Below are positions 52,380-61,696 of a DNA stretch of 64,000 nucleotides, one piece after another. Position numbers and translations under genes: made by a program. Source of the DNA: a virus; IMG/VR virus record IMGVR_UViG_3300013137_000018, positions 2,773 to 66,772 of that record; one strand, 5' to 3'. Position 1 is the stretch's first letter. Each line of letters opens with the position of its first letter. The notes under the pieces are model-generated. The model did not search any database. It was not told where the DNA came from and saw only the letters and a list, made by a program, of their open reading frames with translations.

Positions 52380-52753
52380 TTATTATTTTCTAAACAAGTT
52401 ATAATAGACCCAATCATTTCAATAGAATAGATTTTTTTTATTATTTTTTTTATTAGTGAAATATCTTCGCTTGAAATTTCTCCAATATTATTAAAATTAT
52501 TTATTTTTTGCGCTAATAAATAAACATCGTATTTATCCATTCCGGTCAAAACGTCATCTGGCGCATTTTTTAGCGCATTAACACAGGCTTTTTGTAATGT
52601 TAAAGGCTCATTAATTTGCTTTTGTACAATAATTGGTTGGTTTTGGTCGTTTAGCTGAATTTCGCCCTTTTCATTAACAACTAAACATTCCATAGGAGCT
52701 GGAATTGTTTGACCATCTAAATTTTTTAATTCTGTTTTAAAATTTATTTGCAT
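52376..52753 (-). CDS. Small fibre-associated protein (assembly chaperone-like)
   Basis: INFKTELKNLDG..PLTL...CVNAL..DKY..Y.LAQKI..EISSEDISLIK, downstream of a fibre gene. Confidence 0.6.
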   Translation of the reverse strand: MQINFKTELKNLDGQTIPAPMECLVVNEKGEIQLNDQNQPIIVQKQINEPLTLQKACVNALKNAPDDVLTGMDKYDVYLLAQKINNFNNIGEISSEDISLIKKIIKKIYSIEMIGSIITCLENNN

Positions 52754-52771
52754 AATTTGTTTTATTTTTTT

Positions 52772-53119
52772 TTATACTATTATAATATTTCCTGAACCGT
52801 AAATATTTTCTAAATGCTCTTTGATGCAATTAGTTATAACTGTATTTGATAAATCAGTTATTTCTTGTTGAGTTAATTGTTTACTCCATACATTAGTAGG
52901 AGACATGTTAATTGGATTTAACGAAACAATAGGTTGAATCTGAGTAAATCCGGATTGTTTATCCTCGAATGATTTGTGAAATGTAAGTCTTCCTCTTACA
53001 ATGCCTGTTATATCTGTTCGTCCCAGATCCACATCTTGAAATGAGTATGAAACATATACATCGGTGGAATAAGTATTTCCTTGATTATCATACACGTTTG
53101 TTAAAATTTTAAATGCCAT
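52772..53119 (-). CDS. Small fibre-associated protein
   Basis: 115 aa, directly downstream of the adhesin gene. Confidence 0.6.
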   Translation of the reverse strand: MAFKILTNVYDNQGNTYSTDVYVSYSFQDVDLGRTDITGIVRGRLTFHKSFEDKQSGFTQIQPIVSLNPINMSPTNVWSKQLTQQEITDLSNTVITNCIKEHLENIYGSGNIIIV

Positions 53120-53179
53120 AGTAGTAATTTCCTTTCTATTTTAAATATTAATTATTATTTTATAAATGTATATAGTTTA

Positions 53180-56100
53180 TTATGCCAAAATAGTTGATTT
53201 TGTAACATAGCTTCCTAATTCTCTTCTTTGAATTTCTAAATTATTTCCGCTTCTTATAAATCTCCAAGTACCATCAGTATCTTTATCGCCTAAATGATAA
53301 GCCTGTGTTGATTGAACTTCAACATCAGCATTAAATTTAATATGATTTGTCGAAAAATCTCCAAAAATTAAGGGCGTGCTTGTGTTAGAATTGGAAATAT
53401 ACAACATATTCGAACCTGTTTCATTATAACCCGCTTGATAACCGAGAAAAACATTTGATGATCCCGTTGAATTGATCCCAGCGTTATATCCTATAAAGGT
53501 ATTAGATGAGCCAAGATGAATGGTTGCACTTCCGCCTCCTGCTGCGTATCCTATTAAAGTGTTATTATCTCCTGTTAAATTATTTCCAGCGTGAGCTCCT
53601 AGTAATGTATTGTAAGATGAGTTTATAGAGACTGCTCCTCCGGCATAATTTCCTATTGCAACATTGTATAAACCGGTTGTTATATTTGTTCCTAAAGAAT
53701 ATAGTCCAATACCAACATTGTGTTCCCCCGTAGATATAGAAGAACCTGCGTAATATCCATTTAGAATATTATAATTTCCTGTCGTTAAAGATAAACCGGC
53801 ATAAGTACCTTGTAAAATATTAAAAGAGCCTGTTGATAAAGAATATCCTGCTTGATAACCTATGCCTATATTATAAGAGCCTGTTGTTAAAAAATAACCA
53901 GCTCGATAACCCTGTAAAATATTATAATTTCCTGTTGTTAAAAAATAACCAGCACTAGCCCCTTGAAGAATATTTTGAGCACCTTCTGTTAAAGAATAAC
54001 CGGCTTGATATCCTTGTAAAATATTGTGAGCACCTGTTGATAAAGTAAAACCTGCTTGATATCCTTGTAAAATATTGTGAGCGCCTTCTGTTAAATAATA
54101 CCCTACTTGATAACCCTGTAAAATATTATAAGATCCTGTTGTTAAAGTAAACCCTACTTGGTATCCTATGCCTATATTATCATTACCAGTTAACATAGCC
54201 GCACTACCGTTTAACGCCCAAAGCCCTATTCCTATGTTATTAAATCCTGACGAGATATATCTTCCAGATTGTGATCCTATTAAAGTATTATTGTATCCAG
54301 TAGTCAAGCTATTCCAAGTTTGATTTCCTATGATGGTATTATTGTCACCTGTTGAATCGCCAAAATTTCCATATCCAGCTCTATTTCCAATAACAGTATT
54401 TTTATTCCCTTTAATAGTGACTCCGGCATATTGTCCAACTATGGTGTTTTCTGTTCCTGTTATATTATTTAACCCGGCTTGTATTCCAAGATATAAATTG
54501 TCTCCCGATACATTATTTGCACCAGCCCAAAAACCAATAGCAGTAACGTGTCCTGATATGTTATTGGCTCCTGCATAAGCGCCTATTCCAATATTTCCCG
54601 TGATTATAGTCGTATATAACGAGTAGTAGCCTAAAGCAATATTATAATCTCCTTCTGTTAAAGAATAACCCGCTTCATATCCCAAGAAAATATTATGAGA
54701 ACCTGTCGTTAAAGATAAACCCGCTTGATATCCTTGTAAAATATTATGAGAGCCTGTTGTTAAAGATAAACCCGCTTGATATCCTTGTAAAATATTATAA
54801 GAGCCTGTTGTTAAATAATATCCAGCACTAGACCCTTGTAAAATATTATAATTTCCTGTTGTTAAAGAATATCCAGCACTAGCCCCTTGTAAAATATTTT
54901 GAGCGCCTTCTGTTAAAGAATAACCAGCTAGAAGTCCTTGTATAATATTTTGATAACCTGTTGTTAAAGAATATCCAGCTTGATAACCCTGTAAAATATT
55001 ATAAGAACCTGTTGTTAAATTATGCCCTGTGTCATAACCTTGTAAAATATTATAAGAACCTGTTGTTAAATTAAGCCCTGTTTGATAACCAATACCTATG
55101 TTATAAGAGCCGTCAAATCCTGAAGAATTACCTTCTAATGTTGATGAACCTATGGCAACGTTTCCAATGCCTGCTTGTGCATGTAATAAAGTTAATGCGC
55201 CAATTCCAATGTTATATCGTCCTGAGTAAGCAAGAAGTGGATAATTACCCATTCCCCCTAAAATACTTATATTATTATAGAGTTGAACATTAGAGCAATA
55301 TTTTAAACCATCACCAAAGACAATATTTGAAAACGATGTTGAACTATTTGTGTTATCTAATCCGTATCCAGCCCAATCGCCTATCAAAAAGTTATTATAT
55401 CCTGTTGTTAAAGGGTTACCAGCTAAATCGCCAAAACAAAAATTATTATATCCTGTTGAAATATATTTTCCTGCTTCTCGTCCTTGTATAAAATTATTAT
55501 ATCCTGTTGTAATTACTTTTCCGCTTCCAATAATCAAATTATGATGCCCTGAAGTTAAAAGCCACGAATCATTACCTAATAAAAAATTATCGTATCCTGT
55601 TGTTACTGAAAATAAAACGTCTCGTCCAATACCAAAATTAGCACTTAAACTTTGATTATTTCTACCTCTAATAACAGTGTAAAATTCGTTTGAAGTTAAA
55701 AATGGTCCATTTATTGATCCATTATCTTTAATAGCAAAAACTGAAATATCGTCTGAATTATTAATTTCTAATGTGTTATTTATTCCTAAATTTCCTGCGC
55801 CTATAAGAGTTAATTGTGTAGTTAAAGATGTATTTGTAATAATCCCTCCAATTTTTAACCCCCCTTTAAGCCAATTTCTATATACCAATGAATTATCGCT
55901 TAATTCGCCCCCAAAATGAACTGTTTCATTTTCTATATTATCTGTTAAATAAAATTGACCTCCGCTTGATTTAGTACCCCCTAAATAAGCTATATTTCTT
56001 GAAGTCGTATTTAATAAATGTATTTTGAATGATCCATAATTTATTCCTGAATATGAATCAAATCCTATTTGAGCATAGCCAGATGTCATTGGTGCCGTTT

Positions 56101-57073
56101 TATTGGAGCCAAAATAAATAGTCGGAATAATATAATTATCAAAACCCAAATTTATTTGCTCAGTCCCATAATCGTTTTCAAATAATCTTAATGATCCTTT
56201 TAAATTTTGTGTACCAAATTGTGCTAATAAAGATCCGTCTAAATGATTTCTACTTTCAAATAATCCGGTATTGATACCGCTATAATTAGTTGAAGTTATT
56301 ACTATTGGTGAATGCGTAAATCCAAAATTCCAATTTGTGGTGCCATTATCCAGAATTTTAACAATAGAATTTGAATCTGAATTTTGTAAATCTAATATGG
56401 TAGTTGACCCGTTATTATTAAATCCCTTAATTGTTAATTTTTTATTACTTGTATTCCAGACCAAATCATTACTTCCTATTAAGGTTGTTCCGCTACCAAA
56501 AGCAATTTGAGTATCCGCAATCACGCCATCTATTCCGCTTATTATTGTTTGCCAACTAACATTTCCGTTTTCATCGGTTTGAAGAACTTGTGAATTTAAC
56601 CCCTTACTTGATGGTAAAGTGTAAGTATCACCGGATAATGATCCAATTGTCATTACTCCATTTATATTAATAGGTGTTAAAATATTAAGAGATGAACAAC
56701 CAGATATATTATGTACTACTAAAGTATCAGAATTAAAATCATATGTAAGAGATGTTGCAGAAGCAAAAGAACCACCAGAATTTATTTGAATACTACCAGT
56801 AATTCCAGCTGGACTTCCACCTAAATCTACTTCAGTCCAATCTGTTATATCTCCATTCCATGGTTCATTGTTTAATTTATAATAGTATGTACCGCCTGAT
56901 ACACCAACTATCATACCAGCTCTGCGTCTATCGGTTGATATATTATTCAAATCATCTATAGTGTCAACATTTCTAAATCCATCAATACCATATTTGGCAT
57001 CATGAGTTGGATAAGTATCTCCACTTGATGTTGGAGCTATAGGTCCCGTTAATTGTACTGTTCCGTCAATCAT
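53180..57073 (-). CDS. Receptor-binding fibre/adhesin with YadA-head-like 16-aa beta-roll repeats
   Basis: Many GYQAGYSLTTGxYNILQ repeats; N-terminal RRRAGMIVGV..YY.L..W domain; C-terminal NVFLGYQAGYNETGSNMLYISN and LGDKDTDGTWR motifs. Confidence 0.8.
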   Translation of the reverse strand: MIDGTVQLTGPIAPTSSGDTYPTHDAKYGIDGFRNVDTIDDLNNISTDRRRAGMIVGVSGGTYYYKLNNEPWNGDITDWTEVDLGGSPAGITGSIQINSGGSFASATSLTYDFNSDTLVVHNISGCSSLNILTPININGVMTIGSLSGDTYTLPSSKGLNSQVLQTDENGNVSWQTIISGIDGVIADTQIAFGSGTTLIGSNDLVWNTSNKKLTIKGFNNNGSTTILDLQNSDSNSIVKILDNGTTNWNFGFTHSPIVITSTNYSGINTGLFESRNHLDGSLLAQFGTQNLKGSLRLFENDYGTEQINLGFDNYIIPTIYFGSNKTAPMTSGYAQIGFDSYSGINYGSFKIHLLNTTSRNIAYLGGTKSSGGQFYLTDNIENETVHFGGELSDNSLVYRNWLKGGLKIGGIITNTSLTTQLTLIGAGNLGINNTLEINNSDDISVFAIKDNGSINGPFLTSNEFYTVIRGRNNQSLSANFGIGRDVLFSVTTGYDNFLLGNDSWLLTSGHHNLIIGSGKVITTGYNNFIQGREAGKYISTGYNNFCFGDLAGNPLTTGYNNFLIGDWAGYGLDNTNSSTSFSNIVFGDGLKYCSNVQLYNNISILGGMGNYPLLAYSGRYNIGIGALTLLHAQAGIGNVAIGSSTLEGNSSGFDGSYNIGIGYQTGLNLTTGSYNILQGYDTGHNLTTGSYNILQGYQAGYSLTTGYQNIIQGLLAGYSLTEGAQNILQGASAGYSLTTGNYNILQGSSAGYYLTTGSYNILQGYQAGLSLTTGSHNILQGYQAGLSLTTGSHNIFLGYEAGYSLTEGDYNIALGYYSLYTTIITGNIGIGAYAGANNISGHVTAIGFWAGANNVSGDNLYLGIQAGLNNITGTENTIVGQYAGVTIKGNKNTVIGNRAGYGNFGDSTGDNNTIIGNQTWNSLTTGYNNTLIGSQSGRYISSGFNNIGIGLWALNGSAAMLTGNDNIGIGYQVGFTLTTGSYNILQGYQVGYYLTEGAHNILQGYQAGFTLSTGAHNILQGYQAGYSLTEGAQNILQGASAGYFLTTGNYNILQGYRAGYFLTTGSYNIGIGYQAGYSLSTGSFNILQGTYAGLSLTTGNYNILNGYYAGSSISTGEHNVGIGLYSLGTNITTGLYNVAIGNYAGGAVSINSSYNTLLGAHAGNNLTGDNNTLIGYAAGGGSATIHLGSSNTFIGYNAGINSTGSSNVFLGYQAGYNETGSNMLYISNSNTSTPLIFGDFSTNHIKFNADVEVQSTQAYHLGDKDTDGTWRFIRSGNNLEIQRRELGSYVTKSTILA
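53750..55110 (-). repeat. 48-nt coding tandem repeats in two blocks (about 53750-54170 and 54640-55110)
   Basis: ccttgtaaaatattataagagcctgttgttaaa-type units. Confidence 0.85.
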
Positions 57074-57074
57074 A

Positions 57075-58373
57075 TTATGATACTATTATTGAAATTGGTC
57101 CACCCAATTGATATTTTGTTCTATACATTCTATATGTAGTCGAAATTCCAAATTCATTTATTATTGTCACATTCTTATAATAATAACCACCACTACTACC
57201 ATCAGTAAAACCATCACTATAACCAGCCATAGCCACTCCTAATTTTGTTAAATTATCTGCGAATGAACTTGGCGTTTTTACAACTAAAACACCATTTCTT
57301 GTATTATAATAGCCAGATGTAGTTGGTATAAAGAAATATTTATAACCATTTCCATCAAAATTATATGTCGTTCCACCGCCTGCTATCAAATCTGTTAAAT
57401 ATGAATCAAAAGATGATAATTCTGTATAATTTGTAACACTTGTTATTACACTTGTATTGCTACCATACCAAGTTCTCCAATACCAATTTATTCTTTTTAT
57501 TGTACCAATATAAGTAGGGGTATTTATTTTTTTAGCCTTTACTATCCAATAATAATAAGTTTTTGTAGTTCTTGTAACACCTGATAAATAATGAGTTTGT
57601 GGTGATACAATACTTTGATTATTTGCAATATATGAACCATTCATGTATTGTAGTTTTAAACTATTTGCTTCTAATAGTGTTGGAAATTGATAAGTCCAAG
57701 AAAATGTTCTATCACCAGAGTCTACACTATCACCAACTTCTAAGTTACTTACATCAGATATGTTAAAACTAAGGAATCTTGATACTAAATCTGGATATAA
57801 TAAACTATCCCACATGTCTTGCATACTTTCATTCTCAAAAATAGAACCAGACTCAATTCCACCAAAAGTGACAAGAGTTGATGAACTATTAGTATATGTT
57901 AATACATAATCATTATTAACAAATTCTAATCCTGTTTCTCCACTATTTACTATAATACTATAACCACTATAACCAGAATATGAACTTGGTGTGTCTGCTA
58001 AATCTATAAAAGTGGAACCTGTTATTCTTTCTATTGTTGATGTTATTCCTGAAATAATTATATCAATTTCAGTTGATGTATAATATTCGCTAAACGTTAA
58101 AATAAGATTTTTGGCATCATTCGCTTTTGTTTCTGCCATTTGAGCAATAGTCATTGAATCAAAATCTAATATTGCATAAGTGTGGTCTCTACATGGTTGT
58201 CTTTCGATGTTGGTTCTTAATTGGTGAATAACAACATTATTATTCTTATAATAGAAATTAACATCTATTGGTTCTAACAAATACATTAGATTACCACTAG
58301 CATCATAAATTTCAAGTTTTTTGTCGCCAGGTACAGGAACTTTTATAAAATTGTCATATGAATAAGTTGCCAA
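57075..58373 (-). CDS. Structural protein carrying the shared N-terminal docking domain
   Basis: TTG start; N-terminus paralogous to 7267..13110 and 22408..22659; FIDLADTPSSYSG module. Confidence 0.7.
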   Translation of the reverse strand: MATYSYDNFIKVPVPGDKKLEIYDASGNLMYLLEPIDVNFYYKNNNVVIHQLRTNIERQPCRDHTYAILDFDSMTIAQMAETKANDAKNLILTFSEYYTSTEIDIIISGITSTIERITGSTFIDLADTPSSYSGYSGYSIIVNSGETGLEFVNNDYVLTYTNSSSTLVTFGGIESGSIFENESMQDMWDSLLYPDLVSRFLSFNISDVSNLEVGDSVDSGDRTFSWTYQFPTLLEANSLKLQYMNGSYIANNQSIVSPQTHYLSGVTRTTKTYYYWIVKAKKINTPTYIGTIKRINWYWRTWYGSNTSVITSVTNYTELSSFDSYLTDLIAGGGTTYNFDGNGYKYFFIPTTSGYYNTRNGVLVVKTPSSFADNLTKLGVAMAGYSDGFTDGSSGGYYYKNVTIINEFGISTTYRMYRTKYQLGGPISIIVS

Positions 58374-58401
58374 TTACTTAATATTTATTTTTAAGTATAT
58401 A

Positions 58402-58791
58402 TTAATTTTTCTTCCAGACTTTACTCCAAAATAATTCAAAAGTTACAGTCATAAGTGATTTTAAACCAAAAAATATTAGAATATACCAATACCAATTTAA
58501 ACACAAACAGATACTCAAACACAATACCATAGAAATGAATAATGATGATAACATAATCATTTGAAATAAATGCCAAGCGTCTGTTAGCCAAACAAAAATT
58601 GTTGTTGAGCCAGGAAATGCAGGTCCTTTAGAAGGATCTCTGTCTTTGTATTTGTTTTTCCAACTTTCTTTTGGATTAAACCATTCTTTTCCTTTGAATA
58701 TGGATTGTTCATATTTAAAATTTATAGTATCCATTATAGATTTGCTTATACCAGCAATTATAATGAATAAAACAATAAAAAATATAATCAT
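58402..58791 (-). CDS. Membrane protein
   Basis: Three hydrophobic segments; ESWKNKY..FPGSTTIFVWLTDAWHLF. Confidence 0.75.
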   Translation of the reverse strand: MIIFFIVLFIIIAGISKSIMDTINFKYEQSIFKGKEWFNPKESWKNKYKDRDPSKGPAFPGSTTIFVWLTDAWHLFQMIMLSSLFISMVLCLSICLCLNWYWYILIFFGLKSLMTVTFELFWSKVWKKN

Positions 58792-58870
58792 GTGATTTTT
58801 ATTTTTATATATTAATAAACTTATTATACTTATTTGTTATATAAATATAAATATAAATTTTTAATTTACT

Positions 58871-59155
58871 ATGAAACTATTAAAAAAGTATTTTAAAGTA
58901 GTTCACGAAATATACGATTACTTTGATTATTCAGGTGGTAAAAAAATATTTCCATTTGAAGATTATACAGATTTTGAATGGTATAAAAAAGATAATAGAA
59001 TATATTATTCCATAGAAGATTCTGATTACTTTAACGATGAATATTTAGAAGAATACACAGGTGAAGAATATACAATGTTTCTCATAAAAGATTCATTAAA
59101 TGTAGATGAATGCCTTGTTATATTTGACAATCAAAAATTAAAAAATGTAGAATGA
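58871..59155 (+). CDS. Acidic hypothetical protein
   Basis: 94-aa ORF. Confidence 0.65.
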   Translation: MKLLKKYFKVVHEIYDYFDYSGGKKIFPFEDYTDFEWYKKDNRIYYSIEDSDYFNDEYLEEYTGEEYTMFLIKDSLNVDECLVIFDNQKLKNVE

Positions 59156-59169
59156 TGTTCTGATAAAAA

Positions 59170-60684
59170 TTAATTTTTTAAATATATATTTCTAACTGAA
59201 GTAGGATGCAAATTATATATTTTAGAAATTTCAACATAAGTTTTTCCTTCGTTTCTTAATTTAATCATATTTTTAATTTCTTTTTTTGTTGATTTTGTTT
59301 TATGATATTGCCATGTTTTATTTTTAAAATCATCAAACTTAGACCATTTTCTATTCAGACCAATACCTTTATAAATTTCTTTATACAATTTAACAGCATT
59401 TGTACCACTCCAATTAACACGATACAAACCTTTTACTTTTTTGATATTTTTTTTAATATTACAGGATATTTCAGGAAACATATTTTTAATATATTCAGAT
59501 ATTTCATATGAGCATAAAACATCAATAAATATATTAGATTTATTTTTATTTGTGTATATACAACCATCACCATCGATTAATCCAACCAACCAATATTTTA
59601 TCAATTCCTTATCTTGTTGTATTATTTCAGGTATTTCATTTTTTAAACTTTTTCGTGGTCTCAAATTCCATTTTTTAATATTTTCAATTATATATGGATC
59701 TTCTACAACTAAAGAATATGCTTGTTTATTTTTAATCAATGGTTTAATATAAATTGGTCTATCGGTATTAATATATTTTTTATATGAATCTATTAATTCA
59801 TAATCTGTGCTGGTAAGTTCAATAATATATCTAAATTTACCATTTTTCTTAATACAACCATCTGCTGAAATCAATCCTGCAAAATATGATGTTAATTCAT
59901 CTGCGTCATAAAAACAATCTCTATTATAATAATAATTTGTTCGAAATAATTTTATATTATATCTTTTAGACCACCAAACAATTTTATCATTAGAACAACT
60001 GCAAATTTCAGCAACTTTTGCTGTATTAAAATCATTATTTTTTAATAATTTTAAAAGATCTAATTTTTTAAATATTTCATTATTTTCTTTATCAATATAA
60101 TCAAACATTAAATTAAAATCTTTTAATAGTCTTTTATAACTTATATCATTTATTATAACATTATTTCCAAAATCTTTCCATGATAATTGCGTCTCACTTA
60201 TATGATTAGAATAATCCCAAACATTTGGTCTTATTATAAAAAAACAAATAGCACCAATATTCTCCAAATTATTTTTTTCATTAAAAAATCTGGTATCATC
60301 AATACAATAATTTTTATTTGGTTTTATTAATGACATTAATTTATTAACATGAAAATCTGGATCTGCTTTCCGTATTACCTCTGTTGCCAAATATTGAAGC
60401 GCAACTCTTACTGATTTAAACATTATATTAGTTTTATCGATTTTATCCAAATCTATATTAGTTAATTCTGAAAGTTTGATTCTTTTTTCATCATTCCAAG
60501 GTAATGGATGTTCTAATTCTTTTTCTTTATTTTTAATTAAATAATCTCTATCAAAACCATATAGTTCACATACCACATTTTTAACTATATTACCAAAACT
60601 TAGTATCGTATATCCTCTTTTTCCTAATTCTTGTGCTAGAAGTGTTTTTCCACTTTTTTTTCTACCAGACAATGACACTATCAT
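59170..60684 (-). CDS. Deoxynucleoside monophosphate kinase (T4 gp1-like) fused to a LAGLIDADG endonuclease
   Basis: SGRKKSGKT P-loop, RVALQYLATEVIR, IDDTRFFNE, HISE; then YFAGLISADG and WLVGLIDGDG, with HTH elements. Confidence 0.8.
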   Translation of the reverse strand: MIVSLSGRKKSGKTLLAQELGKRGYTILSFGNIVKNVVCELYGFDRDYLIKNKEKELEHPLPWNDEKRIKLSELTNIDLDKIDKTNIMFKSVRVALQYLATEVIRKADPDFHVNKLMSLIKPNKNYCIDDTRFFNEKNNLENIGAICFFIIRPNVWDYSNHISETQLSWKDFGNNVIINDISYKRLLKDFNLMFDYIDKENNEIFKKLDLLKLLKNNDFNTAKVAEICSCSNDKIVWWSKRYNIKLFRTNYYYNRDCFYDADELTSYFAGLISADGCIKKNGKFRYIIELTSTDYELIDSYKKYINTDRPIYIKPLIKNKQAYSLVVEDPYIIENIKKWNLRPRKSLKNEIPEIIQQDKELIKYWLVGLIDGDGCIYTNKNKSNIFIDVLCSYEISEYIKNMFPEISCNIKKNIKKVKGLYRVNWSGTNAVKLYKEIYKGIGLNRKWSKFDDFKNKTWQYHKTKSTKKEIKNMIKLRNEGKTYVEISKIYNLHPTSVRNIYLKN

Positions 60685-60809
60685 ATTATTATAATTTCTT
60701 TTATATTATATATTAAATTATGAAAGCCAAATAGTATAATTACCCATTTTTTTAAAATAAAACTATACTAAAGATTTTATTAAGATGTATAGATGTATAG
60801 ATAATTTGA

Positions 60810-61556
60810 TTAGTAAATTGCATACTTGTCATTTAACCAATCATTTATTTGATTGATTTCTGTTAATGACAAACATCTATTAAATACCAGAAATTCAGGT
60901 ATATATGCGTTAGTTCCATTAGAACTATCATATCTTGCACCTAAGTGTAGATTATCTGTTACACCAAGTGCACCAGGATTGTTTGATATTAATGGATTTA
61001 ATAAAGCATTACTTTTATTTATGTATAATTTATGACCTTTGTTTGTACCATCATATTGATGTGATAATATTTTCCAACTACCTGATAACCAATTATCGTT
61101 ATAATCTTTTGCTGTTGCACTATATGAAACACTTAATTTTGCAGTTCTAACAGCACTAACATCACCTGTTAAATAAAATCCAGTTCCTGTATTACAATTA
61201 TTACCAAACTCATATATATATTTATTATTAAGCGAATTGATAACAGTAAACACTGTATAATAATTAAGCGTCAATGAAATATTTAAAAATCTTGTATTTT
61301 GAAACATAATTGCAGGGTAACCATTTATAACTGAATCTACTAAACTTGGTTTATAAGAGTCGTTTATTTGTATTGCGTGATTTAGATTTCCACTATTATC
61401 TTTCCATTGATGGATTAAGTTTTCGTTTTGTAGTATATTTCTGGTATTTGCGTCAGACCAGAAAATTAATCCGCTTATTCTATTTGGTTTCCATGGAGTT
61501 GTAAAAACTTTATTATTATAAGAGAATATATTATTATTGTATGAAAATATAGCCAT
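60810..61556 (-). CDS. LamG/concanavalin-A-like virion protein
   Basis: GLIFWSDA, WKDNSGNLNHA.Q, INGYPAI.F, LHLGAR, IPEFLVFNRCLS..EI..I..WL..KY. Confidence 0.8.
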   Translation of the reverse strand: MAIFSYNNNIFSYNNKVFTTPWKPNRISGLIFWSDANTRNILQNENLIHQWKDNSGNLNHAIQINDSYKPSLVDSVINGYPAIMFQNTRFLNISLTLNYYTVFTVINSLNNKYIYEFGNNCNTGTGFYLTGDVSAVRTAKLSVSYSATAKDYNDNWLSGSWKILSHQYDGTNKGHKLYINKSNALLNPLISNNPGALGVTDNLHLGARYDSSNGTNAYIPEFLVFNRCLSLTEINQINDWLNDKYAIY

Positions 61557-61660
61557 TTTTTATTGTTGTAAATTTTTTATACCTTTGTATTATATATTAA
61601 AAACAATTATGCAAAGAAATTATAAAAAGAATAAATATTTTTTATTTCTATAAAAAGTGG

Positions 61661-61668
61661 TATCTTTG
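61661..61668 (+). promoter_or_regulatory. Bacteroidota primary-sigma -7 box (TAnnTTTG); second copy at 61580-61587
   Basis: TATCTTTG about 29 nt before the ATG at 61697; TACCTTTG further upstream. Confidence 0.55.
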
Positions 61669-61696
61669 TATTTCAAATAGAAACTAAATTTTTGTT

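Noticed and set aside
53750-55110. Diversity-generating retroelement TR/VR pair
   Set aside because: No reverse transcriptase in the window; differences between repeats are not adenine-specific and there is no non-coding template copy
59170-60684. Intein or group I intron carrying the LAGLIDADG domain
   Set aside because: No splicing blocks, no downstream extein and no evident intron core
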